Shown: positions 12,343 to 24,111, counted from the stretch's first letter. The stretch: DNA of 64,000 nt from Felis catus (GCF_018350175.1 NC_058383.1:23748001-23812000); one strand, 5' to 3'. The notes: generated from the letters alone by a model not told the origin. Made by a program: numbers and translations.

Positions 12343-12425
12343 CTTGCCTGTAGAGTGCAGCGGCGTAACGGGCCGTGTTACTGGTACTCTGGGAGGAGCA
12401 GAACGTCTGCTTGTCCATCAGCTTC
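12343..12425 (-). CDS. POLR3E: POLR3E exon 6 (KLMDKQTFCSSQSTSNTARYAAALYRQ)
   Basis: CTCCCAG acceptor, GTACCC donor, 83 nt. Confidence 0.94.
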
Positions 12426-12820
12426 CTGGGAGCAGAAGGAGAACAGAAGGGAGCAGAAGGAAGCTCTAGACCCAGGGCACGGCAGACAAAGCCCCTCTAC
12501 CCCAGACGCCTTCTGAAAGCCAACACCAAGGAACAGGGACCGAGGCCCCAACTCAGCATATGGGAGCCTCAGCAGGGAAGCTGGGGATGAGGTTCGTGGC
12601 CCAAGGACAGGGGTGGGTACAAGCCCCACTCCCATCACGGGGCCTCTCCACAGAGAAGACACTTGCTGCAGGGCAGGGTTGCTCCAGGCCCAAGCATGTG
12701 AAGCTGGGACGCTGGTAGGGAGCCCAGCACAGGGGCACAAGGGCTCAGGCGATCCACAGGCCTTCAAAAGGCTCGTACTGGAGCACACCAAAGCCTGGAG
12801 ACCGGGCCCAGGGAACTCAC

Positions 12821-12936
12821 GAGGAGTATGTGCTGCTCTCGTCTGCACAGGCGCCATCCACGTTGAGTGCGATCTGCTCCCCTTTGCTGCGGCAATAGTT
12901 GGGGTTCAGGGTGTCGATGGCCATCTCAAGCTCTAC
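12821..12936 (-). CDS. POLR3E: POLR3E exon 5 (VELEMAIDTLNPNYCRSKGEQIALNVDGACADESSTYS)
   Basis: CCTACAG acceptor, GTGAGT donor, 116 nt. Confidence 0.95.
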
Positions 12937-13685
12937 CTGTAGGCACCAAGCACCCCCACCAGATATGAGGAACACAAGAACATCCCCAACCTGCCCACAC
13001 CCACCTCCTGACCCCAGTCCCTGCCAGTCCCAGCCCTGCCCAGAAGCAAGCCCCCAGGCTTCAGTCTCCACTGAAGGCCATAAACCCAAATTCTGACAGA
13101 AAGGCCAGAGTGCTTTCTGACTCCTCCCTGATTCCCAGGCAGGAACTTTTCTGGTGGGAGTCACGTAGTTTTGTTTGTCCTCCCTATTCTACCCTCCAAA
13201 ATCTAAACTGGGTGCCAACATTAAAAAACCAACAGATTTTTCTCATAAAAATTCTCATGTCCAATTTCTCTTAAAGAATCTGGGGGTGGGGGGCTGCAGC
13301 CACCCGCCAGACAGGGTAGGGCACACCTACAGTTCTCCTGGCCCCTAGCACCCCAGCCCTTCAAGGCACTGGATGATCCCCCTTATCAGAGCTGCTGCAT
13401 GCTGGCCCCTGCCTTATCCTGTGAACATGAGCCCCCCATTCCCAGTCCCTAACTCCTCTCAAGACTTCTTACTCCCTGGCCTCTCTGGAGCTGCCCACCC
13501 TCTTTCCTCCTGGAGACTTTCCTTCCTTGGTGGCCTTCTCAGCTCTGGAAGCGACTGGTTCTCCTCTGAACCCTCCAATCGCCCGTTTTGTGGGCTTCTA
13601 GTCCCCAGAGGGCCTGTCTGCTCTTTCATCAGCCCCCACCCATAGCACCCCTCCCCTCCTCCACCTCCATCAGAGGGCAGCCCAC

Positions 13686-13763
13686 CTTTTGCTGCTTGGG
13701 CTTGATCTTGGCCGAGAGGTGTGGAATGTCATCATAGGTCATCGAGGCTGGACGCACAGGGTA
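13686..13763 (-). CDS. POLR3E: POLR3E exon 4 (YPVRPASMTYDDIPHLSAKIKPKQQK)
   Basis: CTCTCCAG acceptor, GTGGGC donor, 78 nt. Confidence 0.95.
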
Positions 13764-15234
13764 CTGGAGAGTAGAAGGGAGCTGTCTGTCCACTCTGCCC
13801 AGCCCAGCCCAGCGCTGGGCTCGAAGACTCCAACCAAGATTCAATGCCAAGCAGAGACCAGAGATCCCCACTGGGCCCTTCACACTGGCTCCACCCAGCT
13901 TCCTCCCAAAGGGCCATTTTCGTAGATCTCCAACCTCCGAGGGACAAGCCTAAGCACCAGGAACCCCAACAGGCCCCGGTGCACAGTGCCCTGCAGGTTT
14001 TGTCCGGTAAAGCCACAGGACACTGCCGTGGAGGCAAGACTAAGGGTCCACGGTCTAGCTGCCAGTTTACAGGCCATCCAGGTGGAGAAGGACAAGGCAA
14101 AGGAGACCACGGGAAGCACAGAAGAAGACCTGACCAGCGACATGCCGTGGGCTGCTCAAGAGGGAATTCGCTACCCCATTCTCTCTCCGGCACCCTGTGA
14201 ACTTTTCCGTAATAAAAAGCTGCTGATGACTGGCTCAGAGAGCCCCCTCTGGGCCTCAGTGTCACCATGTGTGAAGCTATTTTATGTCACTCTTTAATAT
14301 ACTGTTCTCAAGTCACTTCTTTGCTCTGCACACACTGGGGTCACCTTCCCATGCCCATCCTCACAGGGGCACCTTTCCTTTCCTTTCTCCTGCACCGAAC
14401 GGATGCTACAGGATGGGCAGATGAGTCACGGTTTGAAGCGCCCTCATGCCCGAACCAGACCACCTCTGGAAGGAGCCTGCTGGGGGCGGGGCAGCATGTA
14501 AAGTGAGCCCTCTGCGTGGGGGCCGCTGCAGATCCTGTGTTCCGGCCCAAGGAAATGGTTATTTCCTAAAAGCTCAAACAACACACTGACTCCTCCCTGA
14601 TTCCCGGGCAGGAACTGAGGGCCGCAGTAGGACGAATAGCTTGCAGCCCAGCTGGCCTGGACTGAGCCCTTGAAAAAGGCCCCGGCTGGGGCAGGCTGGC
14701 CCACAACAGCATGGGAGGCCCCTAGTCGGCCGAGGTTCAGGGCGGCCCTGTACCCTCCTGATCTCGGGCTGGGACGGGTGGTGGTGGATGGCACAGGTTC
14801 GAGAATCAGGCCCCGGTTCCGCTCCCAACTCTGCCTCTGGCAGCCTATGCGCTTGGGCCGGCTCCTCACTTCACAGGGTGTCCTCACCTCACAGGGCTGC
14901 TTGGGGCAGGGAAGGAGGCTGACAGGGGTGGCCACTAGCCCAGGGCCTGGCACACCGCGAACACATATGGGGTCACTGTCACCACTGCCAGTTCCCCCAT
15001 CATTTTGCAGCCAATCAAGGAAATCGGTTCAGAAGGCCTGAAGGACAGGCCCCCAGCCACATGGCCTGTAAAGGCAGACCCTGCGGGGCTGGTGAGGAAG
15101 GACGCTGGGCCCCTTCCCAGCTCACACTTGGGGCACCACCATCGCCGCCCTGCCCTGGGCCCCTTGCAAGTTACTAGCCTCGATGTGCCTTACCTTCTCA
15201 CAGGCGACAGGAGACAAAATACTTAAAACCATAC

Positions 15235-15690
15235 TTATTGTTGGAAATGTAAACTGGTACAAAGCAGTCTGTCCATTACTCTAAACATTAAACACAGAGT
15301 ATCCAGTGGACCCAGCAATTCGGCTCCTAGGGATATGCCCAAGAGAAATGAAAATACCTGTACGGGGGCATTCACAGCAGCACCGTTCCTAATGGGCCCA
15401 AAGTGAAAACAACCCAAACACCCATCAGTGAACGGATAAACGAAATGTGGTATATATATCCACACAATGGAGTACTATTCATCCATAAAGAGGAATGAAG
15501 CACTGATACATGCTATGAGTAAACCTTGAGAACATGATGCTAAGTAAAAGAAGCCCATATGACATGATTCTGTATGTATGAAACATCCAGAACAGGCAAA
15601 TTCAGCGAGAAAACAGGTTAGTGGTTGCCTAGGGATGTAGGCAGGAAGGGAGACAGGGGACAAAACTGTCCTAAAATAGACTGTGGTGCT
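15235..15690 (+). mobile_element. Old L1M 3' fragment
   Basis: GGAAATGTAAACTGGTAC...GACCCAGCAATT...AAATGTGGTATAT...CCAGAACAGGCAAAT. Confidence 0.7.
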
Positions 15691-16098
15691 GAGGTCCGTG
15701 TTGGGCAGTGTTTCGAGCACTTTAGTGTGGATTCACCCCACCCCAAAGGGGACCCTACAGGGCAGGTATAGTGTTACCGCCACCATTTTGCAAACGGGGA
15801 AACGGAGGCACAGAGAGCTTAAGGGCCTGGCTCGAGGGCTCACAGCTAAGTCACGATGGAGCTGGGCCTCAATGCAGCTGCCTGTCCCCAGAGCCCAAGC
15901 TTTAACCACTACACTGTTCTGCCTCTCACAGCTGCCTTGGTTTTCCCATCTTCAAAATGAGAGACTATTAACCTGCCCGCCCACAAAGGCCAAGAAAACC
16001 ACCTTATCGCCCACTCTGTGCCCAGAACACCCAGCAAGGCTGAGGTTCCCCCCACTCCAACCCTCGAGTTTCCCTTCACCCTCAGGTCTCATCATTAC

Positions 16099-16149
16099 CT
16101 GAAACAGATAGAGCTTCTCCGCCAGACTTTTGGCCAAGTACACATCGAT
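16099..16149 (-). CDS. POLR3E: POLR3E exon 3 (IDVYLAKSLAEKLYLFQ)
   Basis: TTGTTCCCAG acceptor, GTAATG donor, 51 nt. Confidence 0.95.
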
Positions 16150-17491
16150 CTGGGAACAAGGGAAGAAGACTTAAGCAGGAGACAGAACCAGTGCCTGGCT
16201 TGCCCCGGCATCCCCCGCTCCTCAGATTTCAGGAAGGGATAGTGGCTCCTAGAGGCAGTTTGGGGGAGGAGGGAACAGCTCAGCTACTGCTAGAAACAAA
16301 GGGGATGAAGTCTCCAGCTTCCCTCCCTACAGCTCCCAGGGAGACCGGAACAAGAGTTGCTGGCCCCCTCCCAGGGCCACTATTACTCAATAAAAATGTA
16401 CCTTCCCCAGGGGTGCTCAGATCAGGATGCATCCTGAACCAGGTCAAATGCTTTTCTGATGAGGCTGGGGCAGAGAACAGCCTACCCACTTGGCTGCACT
16501 TCCTCCCCTGGCCTCCACCACCTACCCTGGACCACCTGTCACACCCCTCTTAGGGAGGTCCACAAGCCGCTCCAAGAATGATCTGGCCAAACTTGCTTTC
16601 TTCTCAACACTGACCACCCTGCCCCACCAAGCAGAGGTTTTACCTCCCTGCTTGCCGGCTCTTCGTATGAACCATGTTCTCTCCCACCACCAGGCCCAAA
16701 GGAGGAGTGAAGGGCATCGGCGCAAGGGAGGCCTATGTGAAGGGCATTCTAGGTGGAGGGAACGGCATGTGCAACGGCCCACCTGGAGGCACTAGGATGT
16801 GTCCTGATCCGGCCTCTGGAACCTACCTTCCCACCACCTACATCTTGAGACTCCTTTCTTTCAATGTTGCCCACAGATCCTAGGTTTCCTGAGGGCAAGA
16901 CACTGCCTCCCTCACTGCTGTCATAGCCACCCCACCGCCCCCCCCCCCCCCCCCCGCCCCTGCATACAATGGATCCAGTGAACACTGCTGAATGACTTCT
17001 TGGTGGGCCCAGGAAGGGGGAATTGTCAAACCCATTCACACATTCAACGAATAGCCACTGAGTATCTAAGTGACAGGCACTGAACTTGGCTTTGCTGATA
17101 CAATGGTGAAAGAACAGAAGCCCTCCCTGGTGAAGCCTACATTCTAGCGGAAGGAGATTTATGTCCAGGGGATGGTGAGTATTATAACCAAGCACAAGGC
17201 ACGGCCATGTTCAGGGGTCTGGTGGGGGCAGGGAAGGCATACAGGAGAAAGCCACACAAAGGCGGCGGGGTGTGTCAGGGAATTCTCTTTGACGAGGAGA
17301 TGCTAGATCAGAGACTGGGAGGAAGTGTAGGGTTCAGCCAGGCAGGTATCTGGAGGAAGAGGGAATAGCCTGGCTTAGGGGTCCCTGGGATGCCAACAGA
17401 TGCCAGGCCGGCCTGAGGACAGATGGAAGGGGACTCATCCCTGGGCACTTCTCCCTGGTGGCCCTGGCAGAAGGTGGGAAGCAGCAGTTAC

Positions 17492-17527
17492 CTCCTGTAC
17501 GACTGGGTCATCCTCTTCATTGGCCAT
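17492..17527 (-). CDS. POLR3E: POLR3E exon 2 coding part with start codon (MANEEDDPVVQE); full exon 17492-17565
   Basis: AGTATGG Kozak context, TTGCAG acceptor at 17566-67, GTAACT donor. Confidence 0.94.
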
Positions 17528-17819
17528 ACTAGGGGGGGGCCAGCCGCACGATCCTCAGACTCAACCTGCAAGGGAGAGCAAGAGGCCTGAGTCAGTCGTT
17601 CAGCCAACACTCAGGGTTGCCCATGCTGCAACAGGCCCTGCTCTGGGAGGGAAGAGCCTGAGACACAGCAACTGACCCTCTTTCAACATCTTTTCTGGAG
17701 TCAACAATGGACGGCCAACGCAAACAAAAAGAGAAACCACCAAACCCAAGGTGCAAACAGGTGGACCCAAGGCAGCACATGTCGTCTGCACCCACAGGGA
17801 AGAATAAATGACCAGTTTT

Positions 17820-18040
17820 TCTTTTTTTTTTTTTTTCAACGTTTATTTTATTTTTGGGACAGAGAGAGACAGAGCATGAACGGGGGAGGGGCAGAGAGAG
17901 AGGGAGACACAGAATCAGAAACAGGCTCCAGGCTCTGAGCCATCAGCCCAGAGCCCGACGCGGGGCTCGAACTCACGGACCGCGAGATCGTGACCTGGCT
18001 GAAGTCGGACGCTTAACCGACTGCGCCACCCAGGCGCCCC
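17820..18040 (-). mobile_element. Young felid CAN-SINE with TSD AATGACCAGTTTT
   Basis: CpG-rich intact copy; direct repeats at 17807-17819 and 18041-18053. Confidence 0.92.
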
Positions 18041-20700
18041 AATGACCAGTTTTAAGGGGTTTTTGACCACTCCCAAAGTAGAGTTCACTGCCAGGCAGGA
18101 AGATGGAGGTTGGCTGGTCCACAGCCATGATGAAAACACCCGAGCACTAGTTTGGGGCCACGAGGAAGCATTAAAGACGAGTCTGACGTCCAACAGGAAG
18201 AGCAGGCAGTCCCAAGGCTTTCCAGAATGACTCTGAGTCTGATATTTGACTTTTAAGTGAACTTTAAGCCTAACCCCGCGTGAGATGATTTTCCCGTTTT
18301 GTGTGACACAAAATGACTCTCTTCACACACTTTAATGTATTCAACACAACAACCCCGCAAAAAAGATGGCTTGATTGTCCCCATTTTCTAATGGGAAACT
18401 GGAACTCAGGGACGCTTTGTGTGTATTAGCCAAGCCACAGAACAAGAGGATGCACTGGACTTCAAAGCCAGGCCATGTGACTCCAGGTAACAACTACAGG
18501 TAGGGGAGCTCACTCAGAGGGAAGGGAAGGGCCTTCCTGCCGGGGAGAAGGGGGGGGGGGTGGCATTTGGGCTGCGCCCTGAAGGATAGAAGGATTTGGA
18601 GGAGGGATTCCAGGTGACCGGAATCACCTCAAGCAACTGGAGAGGAAAGGCTGTAGGTCTCCACGGCAGAGGGGGAGTAATTTGGCTGGGCTAACCCTTC
18701 ATATTCCCACGTGGGTCCCTTCAGAATCCCAGCGGCCCCCAGCCCCCTAGTTCTGGGTAAGACCATCACCATTTTTGTCTCATCTACTTAACTGAGCTAG
18801 TCAATATTTAAAAGGGCATCAGGGAGCCTGGGTGGCTCAGTTGGTTAAGCGTCCGAGTCTTGATTTTGGCTCAGGTCATGATCTCCCAGTGTGTGAGTTC
18901 GAGACCTGAGTCACATGGAACCTGCTTGGGATTCTCTCTGCCCTTCCTGCACTTGCTCTCACCTGCTCTCTCTCTCTCAAAATAAACTTAAAAGGGCGTA
19001 ATACCTTCACCAGGAGTGGGATTCAATGGCTGAGCTGCACCACCTGAAATCATCTCATGCATTCCAGATACACGTTCTAAACTCAGCCTGCGCGGCACCA
19101 ACACCAGCCTCATCCCTGAGGCCTCTGTTCCCATCACCCCACATCAACAACTCCGGTCAGCTCTACCTTTAAGGTAGGTCTGGGGTCTGGGCACCCCCAC
19201 TGCTACCTCCCCAGTCCAGACAGCTCCAATGTCTGCCTGCATGACAGCAATGGCCTAAATAAATGCTCTCCCTGCCCCACCTGAGACGCTATGATCTTTG
19301 CCCATCCCCACAGCCAGTGCCAGTGATCCTTCTGAAAGTCATGTCGGAGCCTGTCACGCCTCTACCTTGAAGGCCTCCTGTCCCACTCAGGGCAGAAGCT
19401 CAAGTCTTTACGACGCACCTGTTGACACCACGGCCCCTTTCCCTCTCAGACCTCGCCTCCCCCGGGCTCCCTTCCTCCCTCTTCCCCAACCTCAGGCCTT
19501 GGGAACAGTTCTACCCTGGGAGCCTCATGGCTCCCTCCCTCACCTCTTCCAGGTTTTTGCTCAAATGTCACCTCACCGCTGAGACTTTCTCTGTCCACCC
19601 TATCCAAAAGTGCAACACCCCCCTCCAACTCCCGTCCCTGCTCTGATGCACACATCGCCACCTGACAGTTTATAGCTCTGTATTTATCACCTGTCCCCAC
19701 CCCCACTGCCACTAGGCCGCAAATTACACGAAGGCAGAGGCTCTGCTCTATTCTGTCCCTTGCTGTAGCCCCCTGAGCCCACAGCAGGCACTCCCTACAT
19801 ACCTGCTTTCTGAATAAACGAACCACAGGAAGGCTACTTAATGGGGAGCTACCACAGGTTTCTGAGTGGAGGAAGACTTGAGGGGGCAAGAAGCAGGCCA
19901 GGGGAAGCCGGCTACCTCAACAGTTCTGGCTGGAGGCCTAGATGTAAACCAGAAGCCCCAAACCGACAGTTTTAGGTGCCCGCTCCTGCCCATCTGCGCT
20001 GGTTGCCAAGTGCCGCCGATGTATGTCAAGCACCTCGCTCCTCTGAGCTGGTTCTGTGGACAACAGAGACTGTGAACTTCCACCTGAGTGGAATGGGTCA
20101 CAGGTACAAGAGGCGTAGCCTGGGAGGTTCCCCTGACGTAATCATTCCTGAGAAACCGGCTTTCTCGGCTGTTGCTGGGCTCCCTAGCTGTGCTCTGCTG
20201 GCCTCTCCCCTGGTCCCTGGGGAGCTCAGGGAGGCTGACCGACCTGGAGCTGGCGCTCCTCCCCCCTCCCACGGTACAGTGACCAGGGCGACACAGGGTT
20301 CTCACTTCTTTTCAGCCTCCCAGCCAACAGCATCCAACGTGGTGGCTTTCCAAGTTTTCAGCCTAAAACCTCTAGTAAGAAATCCATTTCATATACATGA
20401 CCCAGAACATACACAAAATTATGTAACTAAACCAAGGCTTCACACACCCATAACTGCCCCTACTATACGTGGGGCAGTGGTGTTTTCTACCCTCGCCCAT
20501 TAAAATTAAACATACTGGTAACAATCCTCTAAGGTGATTTTACATCCCCCTAATAAATTTTTTTTTAAAGTAATCTCTATGCCCAACATGGGGCTCCAAC
20601 TAACCACGAAGAGATCAAAAGCCACATGCTCCACAGACTGAGCCAGCCAGGCGCCATTTACTAATAAATCTTGATCCACGATTTTAAAAGTACCCCTTCT

Positions 20701-20895
20701 GGGGTGCGTGGCTGGCTCAATTCAGTAAGCATCCCACTTTTGGTTTTGGCGCAGGGCATGATCTCACGGTTTGTAGGTTCGAGCCCTGACCCTGTGGAGC
20801 CTGCTTGGGGTTCTCTCTCTCCCTCTCTCTCTGCCCCTCCCCGGCTTGTGTTCTCGTTCGTTCGTTCTCTCTCTCTCTCTCTCGATAAAGTTAAA

Positions 20896-20955
<60 letters not shown>

Positions 20956-20962
20956 AAAAAAA
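20701..20962 (+). mobile_element. CAN-SINE with (AAAG)n tail microsatellite
   Basis: SINE head at 20701; (AAAG)n at ~20895-20957. Confidence 0.85.
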
Positions 20963-21562
20963 GTCCCCCTTCAACAAGTTTCCCTGAGGCTCCTCTTTTC
21001 TACCTCCAACCCTCTCAGAGACAGCCAGAGTTGTCCCTGCCGAAAAGTAAAGCACATCATTCTCCTGCTCAAAACGCTTCAACTGCCACATAGAATAAAA
21101 TCCAAATTCCCTTCCATGGCCCCAAGGCCCTATATGATCTTGGCCTTGCCTTTCTCTCACTAGCTACATGGCCAGGTAGCCACTTGCTGGGCCTCCAAAA
21201 GGCCAGGCCCCAGCCTGTCTCAGGACCTTTGCATGCCACCAATTTTCCCCAGGTGTTTTCAAAGCTGGATCTTTTTCATTAGGTATCACTGCCACCCAAC
21301 CCCCTTCCAGGAGGAGAGGTTCCTTGACCACCCATCTTAAAGAGCTCCTCCACCAACTGGTTCCCAGGCACCACCACGCCCATTTTATTCCCTTCATGGT
21401 TCTTATCACAGTCTGAAACTACCTATTCTACGTGCTTATGTGTTGTCCACCTTCTGCACTAGAACAGAAGCTCCACGTGGGTCTCTCAATGCTTCAATTA
21501 CCTCAACCATAAAGTGGAGATGATTATACGTACTTCATCAAGTTGTTATAAGGATTATTATC

Positions 21563-21590
21563 TTTCTTTTTTTTTTTTAATTTTATTTAT

Positions 21591-21637
<47 letters not shown>

Positions 21638-21770
21638 CCCAAGCAGGCTAGCAGACTCCACACCTTTGGTGCAGAGCCTGATGCGGGGCCGATCCTACCA
21701 ACCACAAGATCATGACCCGAGCAGAAATCAAGAGTTGGACACTTAACCAAATGAGCCACCCAGGCACCCC
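21563..21770 (-). mobile_element. CAN-SINE with (GA)n
   Basis: Reverse SINE head ending GAGCCACCCAGGCACCCC. Confidence 0.85.
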
Positions 21771-22499
21771 AGTATTAGTCTTTTTAAAATTCACGCTGTT
21801 CTCCCAGTGCCTAGAACAGTGCCTGGCATGAAGTAGACACTCAATACAGTACAAAGAATAATTAAATGAGTACGTGAAATCAGGTGGTTACAGACCCTTA
21901 ACCCAGTAAGCCTAACTCAGGCCCAACCAGAGACTGGTGGCCTCACAGTGTGGGCCTCATGGCTACTTGAGAACAGACAGAGGCTATGGCCCAGGCAGAA
22001 GCAGGCTTCCCAGCACAAGTCAAGCTTCCCCAACTGCAGTGACTACCAATGACCACCCTGGCCTCAACCGGGCATCTTGCAGCCATAATGGTATTCTGGG
22101 GGTGGCTCCATGGCCTTGGGCACACAAAATTTCCCCCAACAGGGAGCTGCCAACAAATGTAAAGGGGACAAGGGTAGCAGGTGGAGCCAAGGGAAATACC
22201 TAAATACCACACCTGGGTGTATCCCTGTGTGCCTAGGAATCTAACCTGTCATCCAATCGTAAATGCACAGGCAATTTCAAAGACTCTCCAGCTACTGGGG
22301 GGAGAGGACAAAATACAACACAGTTAAGAGGAGAGTGCCCCAAGACAAAGGGTATCAAGGCCAGGATTCTAACTGCCTCTGTGCCTCCAGGGCAAGGCAT
22401 CTCCCCTCTCTGGGCCACCTCTGTTAAAGAGTTAGCCTTGAGAAAAAGAACTAATTAGCCCTTAATTGAGCATCAGACCCTTCTCTAAAGACTTCACAC

Positions 22500-22685
22500 A
22501 CGTTCTCATCTTCTCAATAGTCCTTTAAGTCAAGATTCATCATTCCCAATTAAGAAATGAGGAAACGAAGATTCAGAGAGTATAAGTAATTCGTCCAAGG
22601 TCACAGTGCTGGAGGAAAGCAGAACCAGAGCAGAAACCTGGGTCCGGCTGATGTCAATGATCCCTTTCTTAACCATTATGCTGCA
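22500..22685 (-). mobile_element. MIR SINE (degenerate), head-to-head with the intact MIR
   Basis: Reverse MIR core: GAAATGAGGAAACGAAGATTCAGAGAG...CCAAGGTCACAG...CTTAACCATTATGCTG. Confidence 0.75.
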
Positions 22686-22700
22686 CACCTTTCAAGTAAA

Positions 22701-22830
22701 AGGCAGTATGGTATAGTGGGTAAGAGCCTGGACTCTCAGAGTAGAACTACCCCGGTTCAAATCCCACCTCAACTACTTCCCAGCCATGGCCCAGCTGGGA
22801 TTGCTTAATCTTGAAAAGTCTCGCTATTTT
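22701..22830 (+). ncRNA. MIR-derived Pol III transcription unit, antisense in POLR3E intron 1
   Basis: MIR head AGGCAGTATGGTATAGTGGGTAAGAGC; A box TGGTATAGTGG 22709-22719; B box GGTTCAAATCC 22754-22764; T4 at 22827-22830; MIR core TTTTCATCCCTAAAATGGGGATAAT follows. Expression not shown here. Confidence 0.8.
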
Positions 22831-23199
22831 CATCCCTAAAATGGGGATAATGAAAGTACAGATCCCCCCAGGACTACAGCGAGGCTTAAAAAAGGTAATG
22901 AATGTAACCCGCAGGGAACTTTGTTATTACTTGGCAACATGTTTTCTTCCAACGTAGGAGAATATAACGCCGCCACACATCAAACGCAGCGAGCTGGGGC
23001 TTCTCGCGCCTTACCCTATTTAGCCCTCATCAACAGCCCTACGAGGTAGGAAATTTTATTATCCCCATTTTACAGAGGAAGAAACTGTGGCGACTGCTAA
23101 GATCTCCTCTATCACCCAACGATTCTAAAGCTAATATAACTGAACGACCTTGTTTATGTACTGGTTTACTTGACGTGCTTGCTGACACCTCCTCCGACC

Positions 23200-24110
23200 A
23201 AATGGTCAGGGCCGTATCCGCCGCACGTTGCTGGCTCTCAGTTAACGCTGAATGGTGGCCTGAATAGATGAATGAAGAATGCCGGGCCTTGCCGGGCGGA
23301 GGCTGATCTGGTTCAGCGGCGAGAAAGGGGCCCGGGCGGGCTTTGGGTACCCTCCCCCTGCCCAGCGGGGCGGGTCGCCGGCCCCGGGCCACACTGTCCA
23401 ATGGGTTTCGCCTCCCTCACGGGTGGTCAGGCCCCCGTCCCTGACCATCCGCACGAGTAGCCGCGCTGGCGGGACACCGGCTGCCTTCGGACAGGTGCTC
23501 CCGTAGGATGCCCGCCTGGGCCGGGCGGGGCAAGGTGGCTAGACCCTGAGTCACCGCCGGCAGCCTCGCCCGCGGCGTCCTCGACTACCGGGCAGGACCG
23601 AGGTCTGAGGCCGCGGCCGGCCCGGATCAACGGAGGTCAGCCGTCCATCCTTCCCGCCCGAGTCCTGAGAGGCCCCCAGCCCCTGGGCTCGGCGCGGGCC
23701 TCCCGGCCTACTCGGCAGCCCAGCCCAGGCCCACCTCGCGAGTGCGGCCCGGCTCAAGCACGGGCGTGCGCTGCCTGCTCGGCACTCACCTCTCCGCGGG
23801 GGCCGCGCGCGGGCGGCGGCAACGGCCCAGGTACCCGCGGGCTGCAGAGGCGGCGGCGGCCCTGCTCTTCTCTTAGGCAGCGGCCATGTTGCTGGTGGAG
23901 AAACTCCAGCGGACACGTGGGGGGAGCGGGGCCGGGCCTAGCGCTTCCTTTTACCCACAATGCCCCGCCCCGGCGCGCGCGGCCCCGCCCCCTCCGCCTC
24001 TCCATTCATGCAGGCCGTCTGCCGGGTCTGGCAGCAGGGGGTGCTGATGAGCCAACAAAAACAGCAGATACAGAGCCCGGCAGGAAGGCGGTAGGGACAA
24101 AAAGGGAAAA
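23200..24110 (-). promoter_or_regulatory. CpG-island promoter of POLR3E
   Basis: Very CpG/GC-rich; GC boxes GGGGCGGGG at ~23962-23992; E-box CACGTG 23914-23919; YY1-like CAACATGGC at ~23883-23891; no TATA. Confidence 0.85.
23790..23920 (-). other. POLR3E: POLR3E non-coding exon 1 (5'UTR), with 4-codon uORF at 23873-23887
   Basis: GAG|GTGAGT donor at 23789 inside the CpG island; resembles the POLR3E 5'UTR as I recall it; 5' end approximate. Confidence 0.8.
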
Positions 24111-24111
24111 A
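24099..24111 (-). terminator. Pol III terminator of tRNA-Leu (two T5 runs)
   Basis: Minus strand TTTTTCCCTTTTT starting 8 nt after the tRNA 3' end. Confidence 0.85.

Larger units (their letters stand above)
1..23920 (-). other. POLR3E: POLR3E gene span (5' part; 3' end lies beyond window start)
   Basis: 12 coding exons with GT-AG boundaries and consistent phase join to MANEEDDPVVQEIDVYLAKSLAEKLYLFQYPVRPASMTYDDIPHLSAKIKPKQQKVELEMAIDTLNPNY...VQGNWVVK (986 nt), which matches RPC5/Sin-like N-terminus. TSS position is approximate. Confidence 0.96.

Noticed and set aside
14866..14900. Imperfect 18-bp tandem repeat CCTCAC(T/C)TCACAGGG
   Set aside because: Only two copies; looks like ordinary slippage in an intron.
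19838..20503. Overlapping 155-175 aa ORFs in POLR3E intron 1
   Set aside because: No recognisable domain or splice context; such lengths are plausible by chance in GC-rich DNA with alternative start codons.
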